Assembly (NCBI GenBank): GCA_037445065.1
Contig: JBBILD010000003.1
Location: 1-64,000, forward strand
Source of the DNA: Myxococcales bacterium
GTDB taxonomy: Bacteria; Desulfobacterota; Binatia; HRBIN30
DNA: 64,000 nt
Direction: 5' to 3'
Shown here: positions 48,625 through 58,546 of the stretch, piece by piece
Layout: every line of letters starts with the position of its first letter
How positions within the stretch are numbered: the stretch's first letter is position 1
Made by a program: the position numbers and the translations under genes
The notes under the pieces: generated by a model
The model's input: only the letters and a program-made list of their open reading frames with translations
What the model was told of the DNA's origin: nothing
The model's database searches: none

Positions 48625-48846
48625 TCGAGAACGAGTGCGGACGACGTTCTTCTTTGGGGACCGTGCAGCGCGCGGGAGGTTTGGGGCGAGGGGATCGGGG
48701 GCCGCCAAAGTGGCCTCGTGCGGGCCTCAACCGGCGCTGCTTATGTGCAGAAGGTGCTTTCGCAGACGGGGCTGGGTGGTGAACCGGTCGGCCGACGGTT
48801 GGTTGTGCGCGTGAGAGAAGAAGAATCCGTTTGTGGTGCCCAGCAA

Positions 48847-48869
48847 GGGTGCGCACTGTGCGCCCCTAC
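48847..48869 (-). repeat. Variant GTAG-type REP palindrome
   Basis: Reverse complement reads GTAG-GGGCGCAC-A-GTGCGCACCC; intergenic. Confidence 0.55.
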
Positions 48870-49095
48870 GGGGACCGCAGGAGCTGGACCACGAACCCCG
48901 TCGGGCACAACGGACGAGCCGGTAATTTTTTGTGGCAAGGGTCCGCCCGAGGTTCGCGCGCTTCGTAGCCGGGCCGCGTTGTCGCTCCCCTCCCTGCTTC
49001 CGAAGGTGGTGCAGAGCTCGCCATTGCGACCCTGATGCGGACCGTCTAGGCGAAGCATTTACGGACATCGTTTGGGTGAAAGACGGCGCGGAGTC

Positions 49096-49653
49096 ATGAA
49101 GATCGAAAGACTTTTGCAGCGCGAGCAAAGCATCGTTGTTGTGATTGACATTCAGGAGGCGTACCGCGGAAAGACCTTTTGCGAGGAACGCTTTCTCGCT
49201 GCGACGCAACGGCTGTTGCGCAGCGCGCAGTTGGTCGGTGTTCCTGTGCTGGCGACCGAACAGTACCCGCGCGGCTTGGGTGCCACCTTGCCGGAGATTC
49301 GCTCCCTATTTGGTAGCGAGGCGAAGGTCTTCGAGAAGCGCAGCCTGAGTTGCTGGCATGCCGCGGGCTTTGCGGAAGCGTTGCGGGCTGCAGCGCGCTG
49401 GCAGCTAGTGGTTTGTGGGTTGGAGACCCATGCTTGTGTCAACCAGACCGTGCACGACTTGTTGGCGCGAGGGTTCCAGGTGCACGTCCCGGTAGACGCT
49501 GTGGCGTCGCGCTTTCCGCTCGACTACCGCGTTGGGCTACGCAAAATGTTCCAGAGCGGTGCCGTTCCTGCCACGGTGGAGATGGTAGCTTTCGAGTGGC
49601 TACGCACCGCCGAGGCCAAGGAATTCAAGTCGGTGCAGCAACTCTTCAAATAG
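49096..49653 (+). CDS. Isochorismatase-family hydrolase
   Basis: IDIQE, TEQYPRGLG.T, FEK, GLETHACVNQT. Confidence 0.9.
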   Translation: MKIERLLQREQSIVVVIDIQEAYRGKTFCEERFLAATQRLLRSAQLVGVPVLATEQYPRGLGATLPEIRSLFGSEAKVFEKRSLSCWHAAGFAEALRAAARWQLVVCGLETHACVNQTVHDLLARGFQVHVPVDAVASRFPLDYRVGLRKMFQSGAVPATVEMVAFEWLRTAEAKEFKSVQQLFK

Positions 49654-49736
49654 TGGCCTCTGACAACGGAGTGCGGTGTGGGAATGGTGCGCGGGCCGCG
49701 CCAATCCGCTAAGCGGATTCATCTCGAGGATCAGAG

Positions 49737-51143
49737 ATGGGTCGAACACTGTTGGATAAAGTTTGGGAAGCGCACACTGTGCGCGAACTGCCGGGAGGGC
49801 AGACACAGCTCTTCATTGGTTTGCACCTGGTGCACGAAGTGACCAGCCCGCAGGCCTTTCAGATGCTGCGCGAACAAGGGCTCCGGGTGCTGTTTCCAGA
49901 GCGGACGGTCGCGACTGTGGATCACATCATCCCCACCGACACGCGACGGCGGCCGTATGCGGACGAGCAGGCCGAGGGGATGATGAGCGCCATCGAGCGG
50001 AACTGCGCTGAGTTCGGAATTCGCTTCTTTAACGCCAACAGCGGGCAGCAGGGAATCGTGCACGTGTTGGGTCCGGAACTCGGCCTCACGCAGCCTGGGA
50101 TGACGGTGGCGTGCGGCGACAGCCACACCAGTACGCATGGTGCGCTGGGGGCTGTGGCCTTTGGCATCGGCACCAGTCAGGTGCGCGATGTCTTGGCCGC
50201 GCAGTGCCTGGTGATGCAAAAACCGCGGGTGCGGCGCATTGTAGTCCGTGGGCGCCTGGCGCGCGGAGTGTATGCCAAGGACGTGATCTTGTTCATCATC
50301 CGCAAGCTCGGGGTGAAAGGCGGGGTCGGCTACGCCTACGAATATGCGGGTGAGGTGATCGATGCCATGTCCATGGAAGAGCGCATGACGGTGTGCAACA
50401 TGAGCATCGAAGGCGGGGCGCGGCTCGGGTACGTGAATCCGGACCAGAAGACGTTCGACTACTTGCGCGGGCGGCCTTTTGCGCCGGCGGGGGACGCCTT
50501 CGAGCGTGCGGTAACGTGGTGGTCGGCGATGGCCTCGGATGCGAACGCAGCCTACGACGATGTGGTCGAGTTGGACGGTTCCGCCATCGCTCCCACGGTT
50601 ACCTGGGGGATCAACCCCGGGCAGGCAATCGGGGTGGACGAGACGATCCCTCCGCCCGAGGCCTTTCCGCCGGATGAGCGCGCGGTTGCAGAGGAGGCGT
50701 ACGCGTACATGGATGTGCAGCCGGGCAAGCCGATCCGCGGTATGAAGATCGACGTCGCTTTTATTGGCTCCTGCACCAACGGCCGCCTTTCCGACTTGCG
50801 CGAGGCTGCCCGGATTGCTCGCTTGGGCCGCGTGCGACCGCATGTAAAGGCCCTGGTCGTGCCCGGTTCGGAAGCGGTGGCACGGGCTGCAGAGGAGGAG
50901 GGATTGCACGAAATCTTTGGCGCTGCGGGCTTCGAATGGCGCTTGCCAGGTTGCTCGATGTGCCTGGCTATGAACCCGGACAAGCTCGTCGGCCGCCAAG
51001 TGTGCGCTTCCTCCAGCAACCGCAATTTCAAGGGGCGGCAGGGATCCCCGGCCGGACGGACCTTGCTGATGAGTCCGGCGATGGTGGCGGCAGCGGCGAT
51101 CGCGGGCGAGGTCGTGGATGTACGCGAGGTTCTGAAAGACTGA
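49737..51143 (+). CDS. leuC: 3-isopropylmalate dehydratase large subunit
   Basis: [41 protein letters not shown]. Confidence 0.96.
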   Translation: MGRTLLDKVWEAHTVRELPGGQTQLFIGLHLVHEVTSPQAFQMLREQGLRVLFPERTVATVDHIIPTDTRRRPYADEQAEGMMSAIERNCAEFGIRFFNANSGQQGIVHVLGPELGLTQPGMTVACGDSHTSTHGALGAVAFGIGTSQVRDVLAAQCLVMQKPRVRRIVVRGRLARGVYAKDVILFIIRKLGVKGGVGYAYEYAGEVIDAMSMEERMTVCNMSIEGGARLGYVNPDQKTFDYLRGRPFAPAGDAFERAVTWWSAMASDANAAYDDVVELDGSAIAPTVTWGINPGQAIGVDETIPPPEAFPPDERAVAEEAYAYMDVQPGKPIRGMKIDVAFIGSCTNGRLSDLREAARIARLGRVRPHVKALVVPGSEAVARAAEEEGLHEIFGAAGFEWRLPGCSMCLAMNPDKLVGRQVCASSSNRNFKGRQGSPAGRTLLMSPAMVAAAAIAGEVVDVREVLKD

Positions 51144-51160
51144 ATAGGCAGGAGGAGCGG

Positions 51161-51781
51161 ATGGCAAAATCGAGCCGAATCGAACGGGTCGAGGGGCGCC
51201 CCATCCCGTTGCGTGGAAACGATATTGATACCGATCGGATTATCCCGGCCCGCTTCATGAAGGTGGTGATCTTCGAAGGGCTCGGCCAGTACGCCTTTTA
51301 TGATGAGCGTTTCGACGCGCAGGGTCGTTCCAAAGGGCACGTTCTCGACGACCCTCGCTTCCAAGCCAAAGGCCCGCGGATCGCCGTGGTGAACAAGAAC
51401 TTTGGTTGTGGCTCGTCGCGGGAACATGCGCCCCAAGCGCTGCTGCGGTGGGGGATTCGCGCGCTCGTCGGTGAGTCCTTCGCGGATATCTTTTTCGGGA
51501 ATTGCATTGCTTTGGGCATGCCGTGCGTGACCGCGGGTGAGGAAGCGATTACCACGCTGCAGGAGTTGGTAGAACGCCACCCGCAGGAGATCATGGTGGT
51601 TGATTTGAACGAGTGCCGCGTGTCGTTTGTGGGGCGAAGTATCCCGGTGCAAATTCCAGAGGCTGCGCGCCGGCAACTGCTGGAGGGCACCTGGGATGCC
51701 ACGCAGATCTTGCTGCAAGCAGAAGAGCAAATCCGCGAGACGGCGCGGCGCCTCCCCTACGTGCGCGGCTTTTCGAGCTGA
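51161..51781 (+). CDS. leuD: 3-isopropylmalate dehydratase small subunit
   Basis: DIDTDRIIP, NFGCGSSREHAP, SFADIF; GGAGG SD. Confidence 0.95.
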   Translation: MAKSSRIERVEGRPIPLRGNDIDTDRIIPARFMKVVIFEGLGQYAFYDERFDAQGRSKGHVLDDPRFQAKGPRIAVVNKNFGCGSSREHAPQALLRWGIRALVGESFADIFFGNCIALGMPCVTAGEEAITTLQELVERHPQEIMVVDLNECRVSFVGRSIPVQIPEAARRQLLEGTWDATQILLQAEEQIRETARRLPYVRGFSS

Positions 51782-51802
51782 CTGCCGAAGGCAGACCTGG
51801 TG

Positions 51803-52633
51803 ATGGCGGCAAGCGAACGAGAGGGGGATGGGCAAGCCACAGCGCGCGAGCGTCTGCGCCTGCTTTATGAGCTGAACCGGGACCTGACCACCTTTGCCGA
51901 TCTGGCTCGCTTGCTGGCTTTTGCTACCGAACGCGGGCGTGTTCTCTTCGAAGCCGAGGGCTGCGCGATCTTGATGCTCGATCCCAAGAGGAACGAGTTT
52001 TACTTCCCGGTGGTCAGCGACGTTGACGCTTCGTCGGAGGCAAAACTGGGAGAGGTGCGTTTCCCGGCCGATCGCGGTATTGCGGGCTGGGTGCTCGCTC
52101 ATGATCGTGCCGAGCTCGTGGCGGATACCGCCAATGATGAGCGCTTTTACCGCGGCGTCGACCAGCAGACGCACATGACAACGCGGTCCCTGCTGTGCGC
52201 TCCTTTGCGCACGCGAACGGGGAACATCGGGGTCATGGAGGTCGTGAACCCTGCGCCTCGGTTCTTGACCCCGGCTGACTTGGAGTTTTTGGAGGCGGTG
52301 GCGGCGGACGTGGCTGTGGCTTGCGAGAAAGCGCAACTCTACGAGCGCTTGCGCGACGAGGCGCTGGGCTTGCGGCAAGTGTGCCGGGTGGCCGGGCTGA
52401 CTCTGGCGGTGGCAGGGGGAGTACTGGTGGCAGGTGCGGTCTTGGGGCAGCTCGGGCGGGCGCTGCCGGTGCTGGAACTCGTAGTGCGGCCTACCTTCGT
52501 GATGGGTGTGGTCGCCGTTTTGGGAGGTGGCTTGCTCACCGCGGTGGCCCAGGGGTGGCTGGTTCCGCCGGCCGAGGCGACTCGGGTAGCCGCAGGTGGA
52601 GGAAGTACTCCACGTTTCCCTTTGGTCCGGTAA
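51803..52633 (+). CDS. GAF-domain protein with two C-terminal TM helices
   Basis: GIAGWV...D.RFY..VD......TRSLLCAPL...IGVMEVVN...F...D GAF signature; hydrophobic C-terminus. Confidence 0.78.
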   Translation: MAASEREGDGQATARERLRLLYELNRDLTTFADLARLLAFATERGRVLFEAEGCAILMLDPKRNEFYFPVVSDVDASSEAKLGEVRFPADRGIAGWVLAHDRAELVADTANDERFYRGVDQQTHMTTRSLLCAPLRTRTGNIGVMEVVNPAPRFLTPADLEFLEAVAADVAVACEKAQLYERLRDEALGLRQVCRVAGLTLAVAGGVLVAGAVLGQLGRALPVLELVVRPTFVMGVVAVLGGGLLTAVAQGWLVPPAEATRVAAGGGSTPRFPLVR

Positions 52634-53324
52634 TCGGTGAGGTGCACTCACCGTAGCAATCAAAACCTAGCTGCACGGCGAAGGCGCGGATTGCGCGCAC
52701 CGCCGCATCGCGGGCCGTAGCGCTGCGCACGACGCCGCCGGAGCCCACTAGTTCGCGGCCGACCTCGAATTGGGGTTTGACCAGCGGCAGCACATCGGCT
52801 CCGGGGAGGAGCAAGCCGACGATCACGGGCAGAACGAGGCGCAGGGAAATGAAGGAAACGTCAATCACGGCCAGAGACGCGCGCTCCAGGAGTTGCTCGG
52901 GAGTCACATGGCGGATGTTCGTGCGCTCCAAAACCACCACACGCGGGTCCCTGCGCAACTTCCAGGCGAGCTGCCCATAGCCAACATCGATTGCGTAAAC
53001 CCGCGCTGCACCTCGCTGCAGCAAGCAGTCCGTGAAGCCGCCTGTGGAAGCGCCGACATCGAGTGCGATGCGCCCCCGCACGTCGAGCGCGAAGGAGTCG
53101 AGGGCGTGGGCGAGCTTGAGGCCACCACGGCTGACAAACGGAAGATCCTCCCCCCGGACCTCGAGCGCAGCATCCTCCGGCAGCAGCGTTCCCGGTTTTC
53201 GCACGAGCTGGGTGCCGTGGTAGACCGCCCCGGCTAACACCAAAGCTTGCGCCCGCTCGCGGCTAGGTGCCAGCCCGCGTTCGACGAGAAGCTTGTCGGC
53301 GCGTACACGGCGGCGAGACCTCAT
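52536..53324 (-). CDS. tlyA: TlyA-family rRNA 2'-O-methyltransferase
   Basis: S4 domain, VSRGGLKL, DVGASTGGFTD, DVSFISL, KPQFE, GNVEY. Confidence 0.93.
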   Translation of the reverse strand: MRSRRRVRADKLLVERGLAPSRERAQALVLAGAVYHGTQLVRKPGTLLPEDAALEVRGEDLPFVSRGGLKLAHALDSFALDVRGRIALDVGASTGGFTDCLLQRGAARVYAIDVGYGQLAWKLRRDPRVVVLERTNIRHVTPEQLLERASLAVIDVSFISLRLVLPVIVGLLLPGADVLPLVKPQFEVGRELVGSGGVVRSATARDAAVRAIRAFAVQLGFDCYGECTSPITGPKGNVEYFLHLRLPESPRPAEPATPGPPR

Positions 53325-54214
53325 GGGGAACAAGCCCGCGCCACGATTAGGCGGGCAATTTGCCGCAGTGGCTCCGCTCGCTGATCGAACCCGGCAAGCT
53401 CGTTGAGGGCGGAGTCGAGCAACTCGCGGGCGCGCTGCTTGGAGGCGGGCAAGCCGAGCACTGCCGGAAAAGTAGCCTTTTGCCGCTCGCGGTCGCGACC
53501 ACCTCGCTTGCCGGTGAGCTGAAAGCTTCCCTCTTCATCCAAGATGTCGTCCGCGATTTGGAAGGCAAGGCCGAGAAACTCCGCGTACCGTGTGAGGCGG
53601 CGCAAGTCACTTGAGCGCGCCCCGCCCAGGATCGCGCCCGCCCGCACGCTGGCGCGGATCAACTCGCCGGTTTTGCGCACGTGGATGTACTCCACCAGGG
53701 GCAGGTCGGGGGTGGAATGCTCCGCATGGAGATCCGCCGCCTGGCCCGCCACCATCCCGCGGGCCCCAGCCGCCGCCGCCACCTCGACCAGCACCTGCAG
53801 GGCCCGCCGCGGCGGTACGGAGCCAGAGAGTGCCGCCTGACCCATGAGGTGGAATGCCTCGGTCAAGAGAGCGTCTCCGGCGAGAATGGCCAGTGCCTCG
53901 CCAAAGACCACATGGCTGGTGGGCCGCCCACGGCGCAACTCATCGTCGTCCATGGCGGGAAGGTCGTCGTGGATCAGGGAGTAGGTGTGGATCATCTCGA
54001 TGGCACAAGCAAAGGGCAGAATGGGCTCGAGAGATCCCCCCACTGCTTCGCTGGCTGCCAGCGCCAGCACCGGGCGCAGCCGCTTGCCACCGGAGAGAAG
54101 GCTATAGCGAATGGCTTCGATCAGGCGATCTGGATGTTGCGTGGCGGGAAAGTAGCGATCGAGAGCCCGGTCCACTAAGCGCCGCTTTTGTTCGAGGTAG
54201 CGGTTCAGCCGCAA
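53321..54214 (-). CDS. ispA: Farnesyl/geranylgeranyl diphosphate synthase
   Basis: GGKRLRP, LIHDDLPAMDDDELRRG, FQIADDILD. Confidence 0.93.
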   Translation of the reverse strand: MRLNRYLEQKRRLVDRALDRYFPATQHPDRLIEAIRYSLLSGGKRLRPVLALAASEAVGGSLEPILPFACAIEMIHTYSLIHDDLPAMDDDELRRGRPTSHVVFGEALAILAGDALLTEAFHLMGQAALSGSVPPRRALQVLVEVAAAAGARGMVAGQAADLHAEHSTPDLPLVEYIHVRKTGELIRASVRAGAILGGARSSDLRRLTRYAEFLGLAFQIADDILDEEGSFQLTGKRGGRDRERQKATFPAVLGLPASKQRARELLDSALNELAGFDQRAEPLRQIARLIVARACSP

Positions 54215-54218
54215 CGGC

Positions 54219-54461
54219 TCACTCCTCCGTTTCTGGTTCGAGTGACATGAGTGTGAGCTGGCCTTCTGCAGAGCGGGTCAGCACCTCTACTTTGCTCTCG
54301 ATTTGTGTCAACCGCTCGTTGAGTTTGCGGACCAAGGCGACACCTTGCTCGAATGTCGCCAGAGCGTCCTCGAGCGGCAAGTCACCCCGCTCCAGCCGGC
54401 GAACGATTTCTTCGAGGGCGCGCATGGCTTCCTCGAACGACTGCAGAGATTCCTCGCTCAT
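54219..54461 (-). CDS. xseB: Exodeoxyribonuclease VII small subunit
   Basis: FEEAM..LEEIV..LE.G.LPLE. Confidence 0.93.
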   Translation of the reverse strand: MSEESLQSFEEAMRALEEIVRRLERGDLPLEDALATFEQGVALVRKLNERLTQIESKVEVLTRSAEGQLTLMSLEPETEE

Positions 54462-55690
54462 GATCCTTCCTCTCCTTGCTCGACCGTTTCCACCCGGACT
54501 TGCGAGGCTCCGCGGGCAAAGCGCAGGCGTAAGCGGTCCCCGGAACTGAGGGATCGAGCATCGCGGACGATGGCGCCGCTGTCCACCCGGGTGGCAAGAG
54601 CAAAGCCTCGGTCGAGCACCGCCAGCGGGCTCAGCGCGTGCAACTGCTCTGCAAGGGCGCGTGCCCTGAGCCGGTGTTGAAGGACAAGCCGCCCGATGGC
54701 GCGTGCCGCGCGCTCGCCCAGTTCATCGAGCCGCAGGCGGTGGTTCTCGATGGCGTGGCGCGGGTCGCGCAGCCGCCGCGCCAAGTGGGAAAGCCTTTCG
54801 CGGTGCAGGCTGAGAGTGCGACCAAACGCACTGGCCAACAGTCGCCGCTGTTGTTCGATGTGGGCGAGCAAGTCGCGCCGATGCGGAACCACCATGGTGG
54901 CAGCGGCGGTCGGAGTGGGAGCGCGGCGGTCGGCAACCAAATCGGCAATCGTGACATCAATCTCGTGGCCGACTGCGGAGACGATCGGAACTCTGCAGGC
55001 CGCAATCGCCCGCGCCACAGCCTCGTCATTGAAGGCCCACAAGTCTTCGCGCGAGCCGCCCCCGCGGCCGACAATGATCACGTCGAGATCGGGCAACCGT
55101 TGTAAGTCGTGCAGCGCTTGCACGATCTCGCCCGGTGCCTCCTTGCCTTGCACCAACACAGGCCGAACCACCACTGGCACGCTGGGCATACGTTGGTGCA
55201 ACACGACCAGCATGTCCCGAATCGCTGCGCCGCCGAGGGCGGTTACGATGCCGACCCGGCGCGGCAGAAACGGCAGTGGGCGCTTGCGTTCCTCCGCGAA
55301 CAGCCCCTCTGCAGCGAGCCGTTGCTTGAGCTGTTCGAGAGCCAGGTGCACGCTACCAATTCCGCACGGCTCCATCGTGTCCACGTACAACTGCAGCGTG
55401 CCCCGTACCTCATACAGGCTCACCCGGCCGTGCACCAGCACCTTGAGTCCATCTTCCGGACGAAAGGCAAGAGCCCGGTTTGCGCCACGGAACATGACCG
55501 CGGAGATTTGCGACTGCTCGTCCTTGAGCACGAAATAAAAGTGCCCGGAGGGCGGCACACGAAAGTTCGAGATTTCTCCCACCACCCAACACTCCTCGAG
55601 CACGGTCTCGAGCGCTTCGCGTACGCGCTGCGTTAGTTCGGACACGGTCAGGTAACTCGGGCGGGGCCAGAGCCCCGGGGTGTCACTCAT
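54458..55690 (-). CDS. xseA: Exodeoxyribonuclease VII large subunit
   Basis: GEISNF, SGHFYF.LKD, RGGGS.EDL..FN, VGHE.D, PTPTAAA. Confidence 0.95.
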   Translation of the reverse strand: MSDTPGLWPRPSYLTVSELTQRVREALETVLEECWVVGEISNFRVPPSGHFYFVLKDEQSQISAVMFRGANRALAFRPEDGLKVLVHGRVSLYEVRGTLQLYVDTMEPCGIGSVHLALEQLKQRLAAEGLFAEERKRPLPFLPRRVGIVTALGGAAIRDMLVVLHQRMPSVPVVVRPVLVQGKEAPGEIVQALHDLQRLPDLDVIIVGRGGGSREDLWAFNDEAVARAIAACRVPIVSAVGHEIDVTIADLVADRRAPTPTAAATMVVPHRRDLLAHIEQQRRLLASAFGRTLSLHRERLSHLARRLRDPRHAIENHRLRLDELGERAARAIGRLVLQHRLRARALAEQLHALSPLAVLDRGFALATRVDSGAIVRDARSLSSGDRLRLRFARGASQVRVETVEQGEEGS

Positions 55691-55745
55691 GACCTGGCTC
55701 TTACCAAAGAGGCGCGTCAAGCAGCAACGCGCTGTTCCTGCACCC

Positions 55746-56924
55746 TTACCGAGTGGGCTGTGCGGGGGCGCTCTCTAGAACGGCGCTGGGCAACCCAGGA
55801 TCGGCCGGTTCCGTGCTGGAAAGCGGGTCGCGCAGCATGTTCGCAACCGAAACCAAGGCGATGTCCGACTCAGTGAAGCGCCTTACTTCTTCGCGTAGTG
55901 TTTCCGCGCTGCCCTCCGCGGGGACCAAGAGGATGCGATCGCCCGCCTGCTGCGCCAGCATGCGGGCAGCAACCAGGCGGACTTGCAAGCGGTCAGGCGG
56001 ACTTTGCACGAGGTTTTCCTCGGCACTCGTACAGCGGATTTCCATTCGTGCCACCCGGCTGCACACTTCCTTGCTCCAGGAATTCGGCCACACGACCAGA
56101 AGAGGGGCGCGGCCGCGCAACTGTGCGAGGAACCCGATCTCGGTCAAGGCGGGAACCGTCTCTTCCCGGGCCCGTAGCAGCAAACCCGAAGCTCGGGGCA
56201 ATTTCTGGAATGCGAGAGCGAGGGAGGCCGTGAGGTCGCCTTCTTCCGTTTCCGGTGCCGATTCGGGAGGGTATACCCAGTCCACCAACACTTCCCCTCC
56301 CGCGGCAGCAAGCCGCTCAGCCACCACGTCGGAAAACGGCGTAAAGGGCGACACGGCAAACGAGGGTCGCGGTTCGATGGCAAGAAACTCGCGGGCGGAC
56401 AGGAGGTCGCTTCCGAGGCCGGTAACGATCAAGGAGACCCGCGGGCGGCCGGGGATCCAGTCGAAACGCACCGTGTGAGTGCGGAGACCGGCGATTCCAT
56501 ACTGGAGTTCAGCGAAGTCTTTTCCTTCCTGCACGGCCACGGAAGTGCCAGGTACCTGGTGGGGGAGAGCAAGAAAGGGGGCAAGAAATTGATCGAAGTT
56601 ACGCGGCCGGCGCAGGGAAAGCAGGTAACGCCGGTGGGTCCATTGAAGCACGCCTTGTCCCATCGGTTCTTCGTCGGGATCGGGTAACGGAAAAGACTCC
56701 GCGAATTGGCGCAAAGCAATTGTGAGCTGGGCGGCAGCGAGAATCACTTGCGAGGGTTCGACGGCGGCAGGCTCGGCGGAAAGGGCAGGAGCAGCAATGG
56801 GGCGGTTCTCGAGTGGGTTCCCCTGTTGGAGGTACTGTAAGTCGAGGTACGCGAGGCCAGCGATGAGGAGCATCGACAGCCAGCGCAGCGGCGACAAAGC
56901 AGTGAGGAAGCGGACACGAGCCAT
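55746..56924 (-). CDS. Membrane-anchored divergent polysaccharide deacetylase (YibQ-like), metal ligands apparently lost
   Basis: N-terminal TM; VSLIVTGLG...FAVSPFTP...GGEVLV pattern; position between ctpA and xseA. Confidence 0.6.
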   Translation of the reverse strand: MARVRFLTALSPLRWLSMLLIAGLAYLDLQYLQQGNPLENRPIAAPALSAEPAAVEPSQVILAAAQLTIALRQFAESFPLPDPDEEPMGQGVLQWTHRRYLLSLRRPRNFDQFLAPFLALPHQVPGTSVAVQEGKDFAELQYGIAGLRTHTVRFDWIPGRPRVSLIVTGLGSDLLSAREFLAIEPRPSFAVSPFTPFSDVVAERLAAAGGEVLVDWVYPPESAPETEEGDLTASLALAFQKLPRASGLLLRAREETVPALTEIGFLAQLRGRAPLLVVWPNSWSKEVCSRVARMEIRCTSAEENLVQSPPDRLQVRLVAARMLAQQAGDRILLVPAEGSAETLREEVRRFTESDIALVSVANMLRDPLSSTEPADPGLPSAVLESAPAQPTR

Positions 56925-56980
56925 CGGCGCCCCGGACCAACTGCGCTCCGGTGTCTGCTTACCGCCGCCTCGACTTCGCG

Positions 56981-58345
56981 CTACTGTTGTTGCGCAACGA
57001 CGGTCTTAAATACCTGCCAACTCTTCAGCAGCTCGAGGGCGCGGTCGAGTTGCGGGTCCTTGCCCAATTCCCCTTCTCGAATCTCGGGCAGCGCGCTCTC
57101 GCCCTCGTCCTCCGGTACATCCTCCGACTCCCCCGGCTCGCCAGAGGGCGGTTGTTTCGGAGCCCGCAAGTGACGCGGGAGATTCTCTTCACGGATTCGG
57201 GGGAAGGTTCCTGCTCCGCTGCCGGCACGCACGAGAGCGGGGGTGTTGTCCAGGATGATGTCCGGTGTGATCCCGGTCGCCTGGATGGAACGTCCTTTGG
57301 GGGTGTAGTAGCGCGCCGTGGTCAGGCGGATGGCGGAGTTCTCGTCCAGCGGCAAGATGGTCTGCACCGATCCCTTGCCGAATGTTTGCGTGCCGAGCAC
57401 CAGAGCACGCCGGTGGTCTTGCAGGGCTCCGGCCACAATTTCCGAGGCACTGGCGCTGCCGCCGTTGACCAACACGATCATGGGGAAGTCCGTATGGGAG
57501 CCGGCCTTGTGCGCGAAGTACTTTTGTTTCTGTGTCTCTAGCCGGCCATCCGTGTACACGACCAGGCCGGAATCAATGAATTCATCTGCCACTTTGATTG
57601 CCTGGGTCAGCAAGCCGCCTGGGTTGTTGCGTAGATCCAGAATCAGGCCCTGGAGCGGACCGCCGTTGTCCTGCTCCAGCTTGGCGAGTGCTTTTTGCAA
57701 ATCGTCGTCGGTTCGTTCCTGGAAACTGGTGATCCGCACATAGGCGTACCCTTTTTCCAGCAAGCGCGCTTTGACACTTTGGATTTTGATGATCTCGCGG
57801 GTGAGCGTGAGTTCGATCGGCTTGGCGACCCCTTCGCGGCGAATGGTCAAGCGCACTTTTGTGCCGGGGGTGCCGCGCATGCGCCGCACCGCATCCACCA
57901 GCGACATGTCCTTGGTCAACTCCTCATCGATTTTGATGATTTGGTCCCCGGAACGGATGCCGGCGCGATAGGCTGGGGTGTCTTCGATGGGCGAGACCAC
58001 GGTGAGCACGTTGTTGCGGATCGTGATCTCGATGCCCAGACCTCCGAACGTGCCACGGGTGTCCACCTGTAACTCCCGGTACGAGTCGGGGGGCAAGTAC
58101 GCGCTATGTGGATCCAAGGCACTCATCATGCCGGTGATCGCGCCCTCGATGAGTTGCTTGGTGGTCACCGGGTCCACGTAATTGCGCTGCACCAGTGTGA
58201 GCACGTTGGTGAAGACTTCGATGTTTTCGTACGCGTCCTTGGCGATTGCCGAGACGCGGGTAGCCAGACGGCTGCCCGACCACAAGACGAGGCTCAATAA
58301 AACTCCCCACCACAGCGCGTGGAGCCAGCGGCGACGTGACGTCAT
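56981..58345 (-). CDS. ctpA: C-terminal processing peptidase (S41A, PDZ)
   Basis: LDPHS.Y, GLGIEI, DLRNNPGG, SASASEIVAG, TFGKGSVQ. Confidence 0.93.
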   Translation of the reverse strand: MTSRRRWLHALWWGVLLSLVLWSGSRLATRVSAIAKDAYENIEVFTNVLTLVQRNYVDPVTTKQLIEGAITGMMSALDPHSAYLPPDSYRELQVDTRGTFGGLGIEITIRNNVLTVVSPIEDTPAYRAGIRSGDQIIKIDEELTKDMSLVDAVRRMRGTPGTKVRLTIRREGVAKPIELTLTREIIKIQSVKARLLEKGYAYVRITSFQERTDDDLQKALAKLEQDNGGPLQGLILDLRNNPGGLLTQAIKVADEFIDSGLVVYTDGRLETQKQKYFAHKAGSHTDFPMIVLVNGGSASASEIVAGALQDHRRALVLGTQTFGKGSVQTILPLDENSAIRLTTARYYTPKGRSIQATGITPDIILDNTPALVRAGSGAGTFPRIREENLPRHLRAPKQPPSGEPGESEDVPEDEGESALPEIREGELGKDPQLDRALELLKSWQVFKTVVAQQQ

Positions 58346-58546
58346 GAGTGGACTGGACCTTTCTGCCAACACGAAGTGGCACGGCTTATAACCGAAGTGC
58401 GCTCCCGGCACAATTTACCTTCTTCCTCGCGAACGCGTGTTGCACTTCGCGGCGGCACTCCACGGGGACACGGTTCGCGTCGCTCTGGAGATCCTTTGCG
58501 GGCGGGATTGGCGCAACCAACGCAGTCGCTAAACTCTGGCGGTACC

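Noticed and set aside
50552..52663. 703-aa minus-strand ORF spanning leuC, leuD and the GAF gene
   Set aside because: Antisense shadow with no motifs.
58377..58450. TGGCAC/CGGCAC half-sites and CGAAGTG repeats in the ctpA divergent spacer as a sigma-54 promoter
   Set aside because: No GC at the -12 position with correct spacing; the repeats are too short to call.
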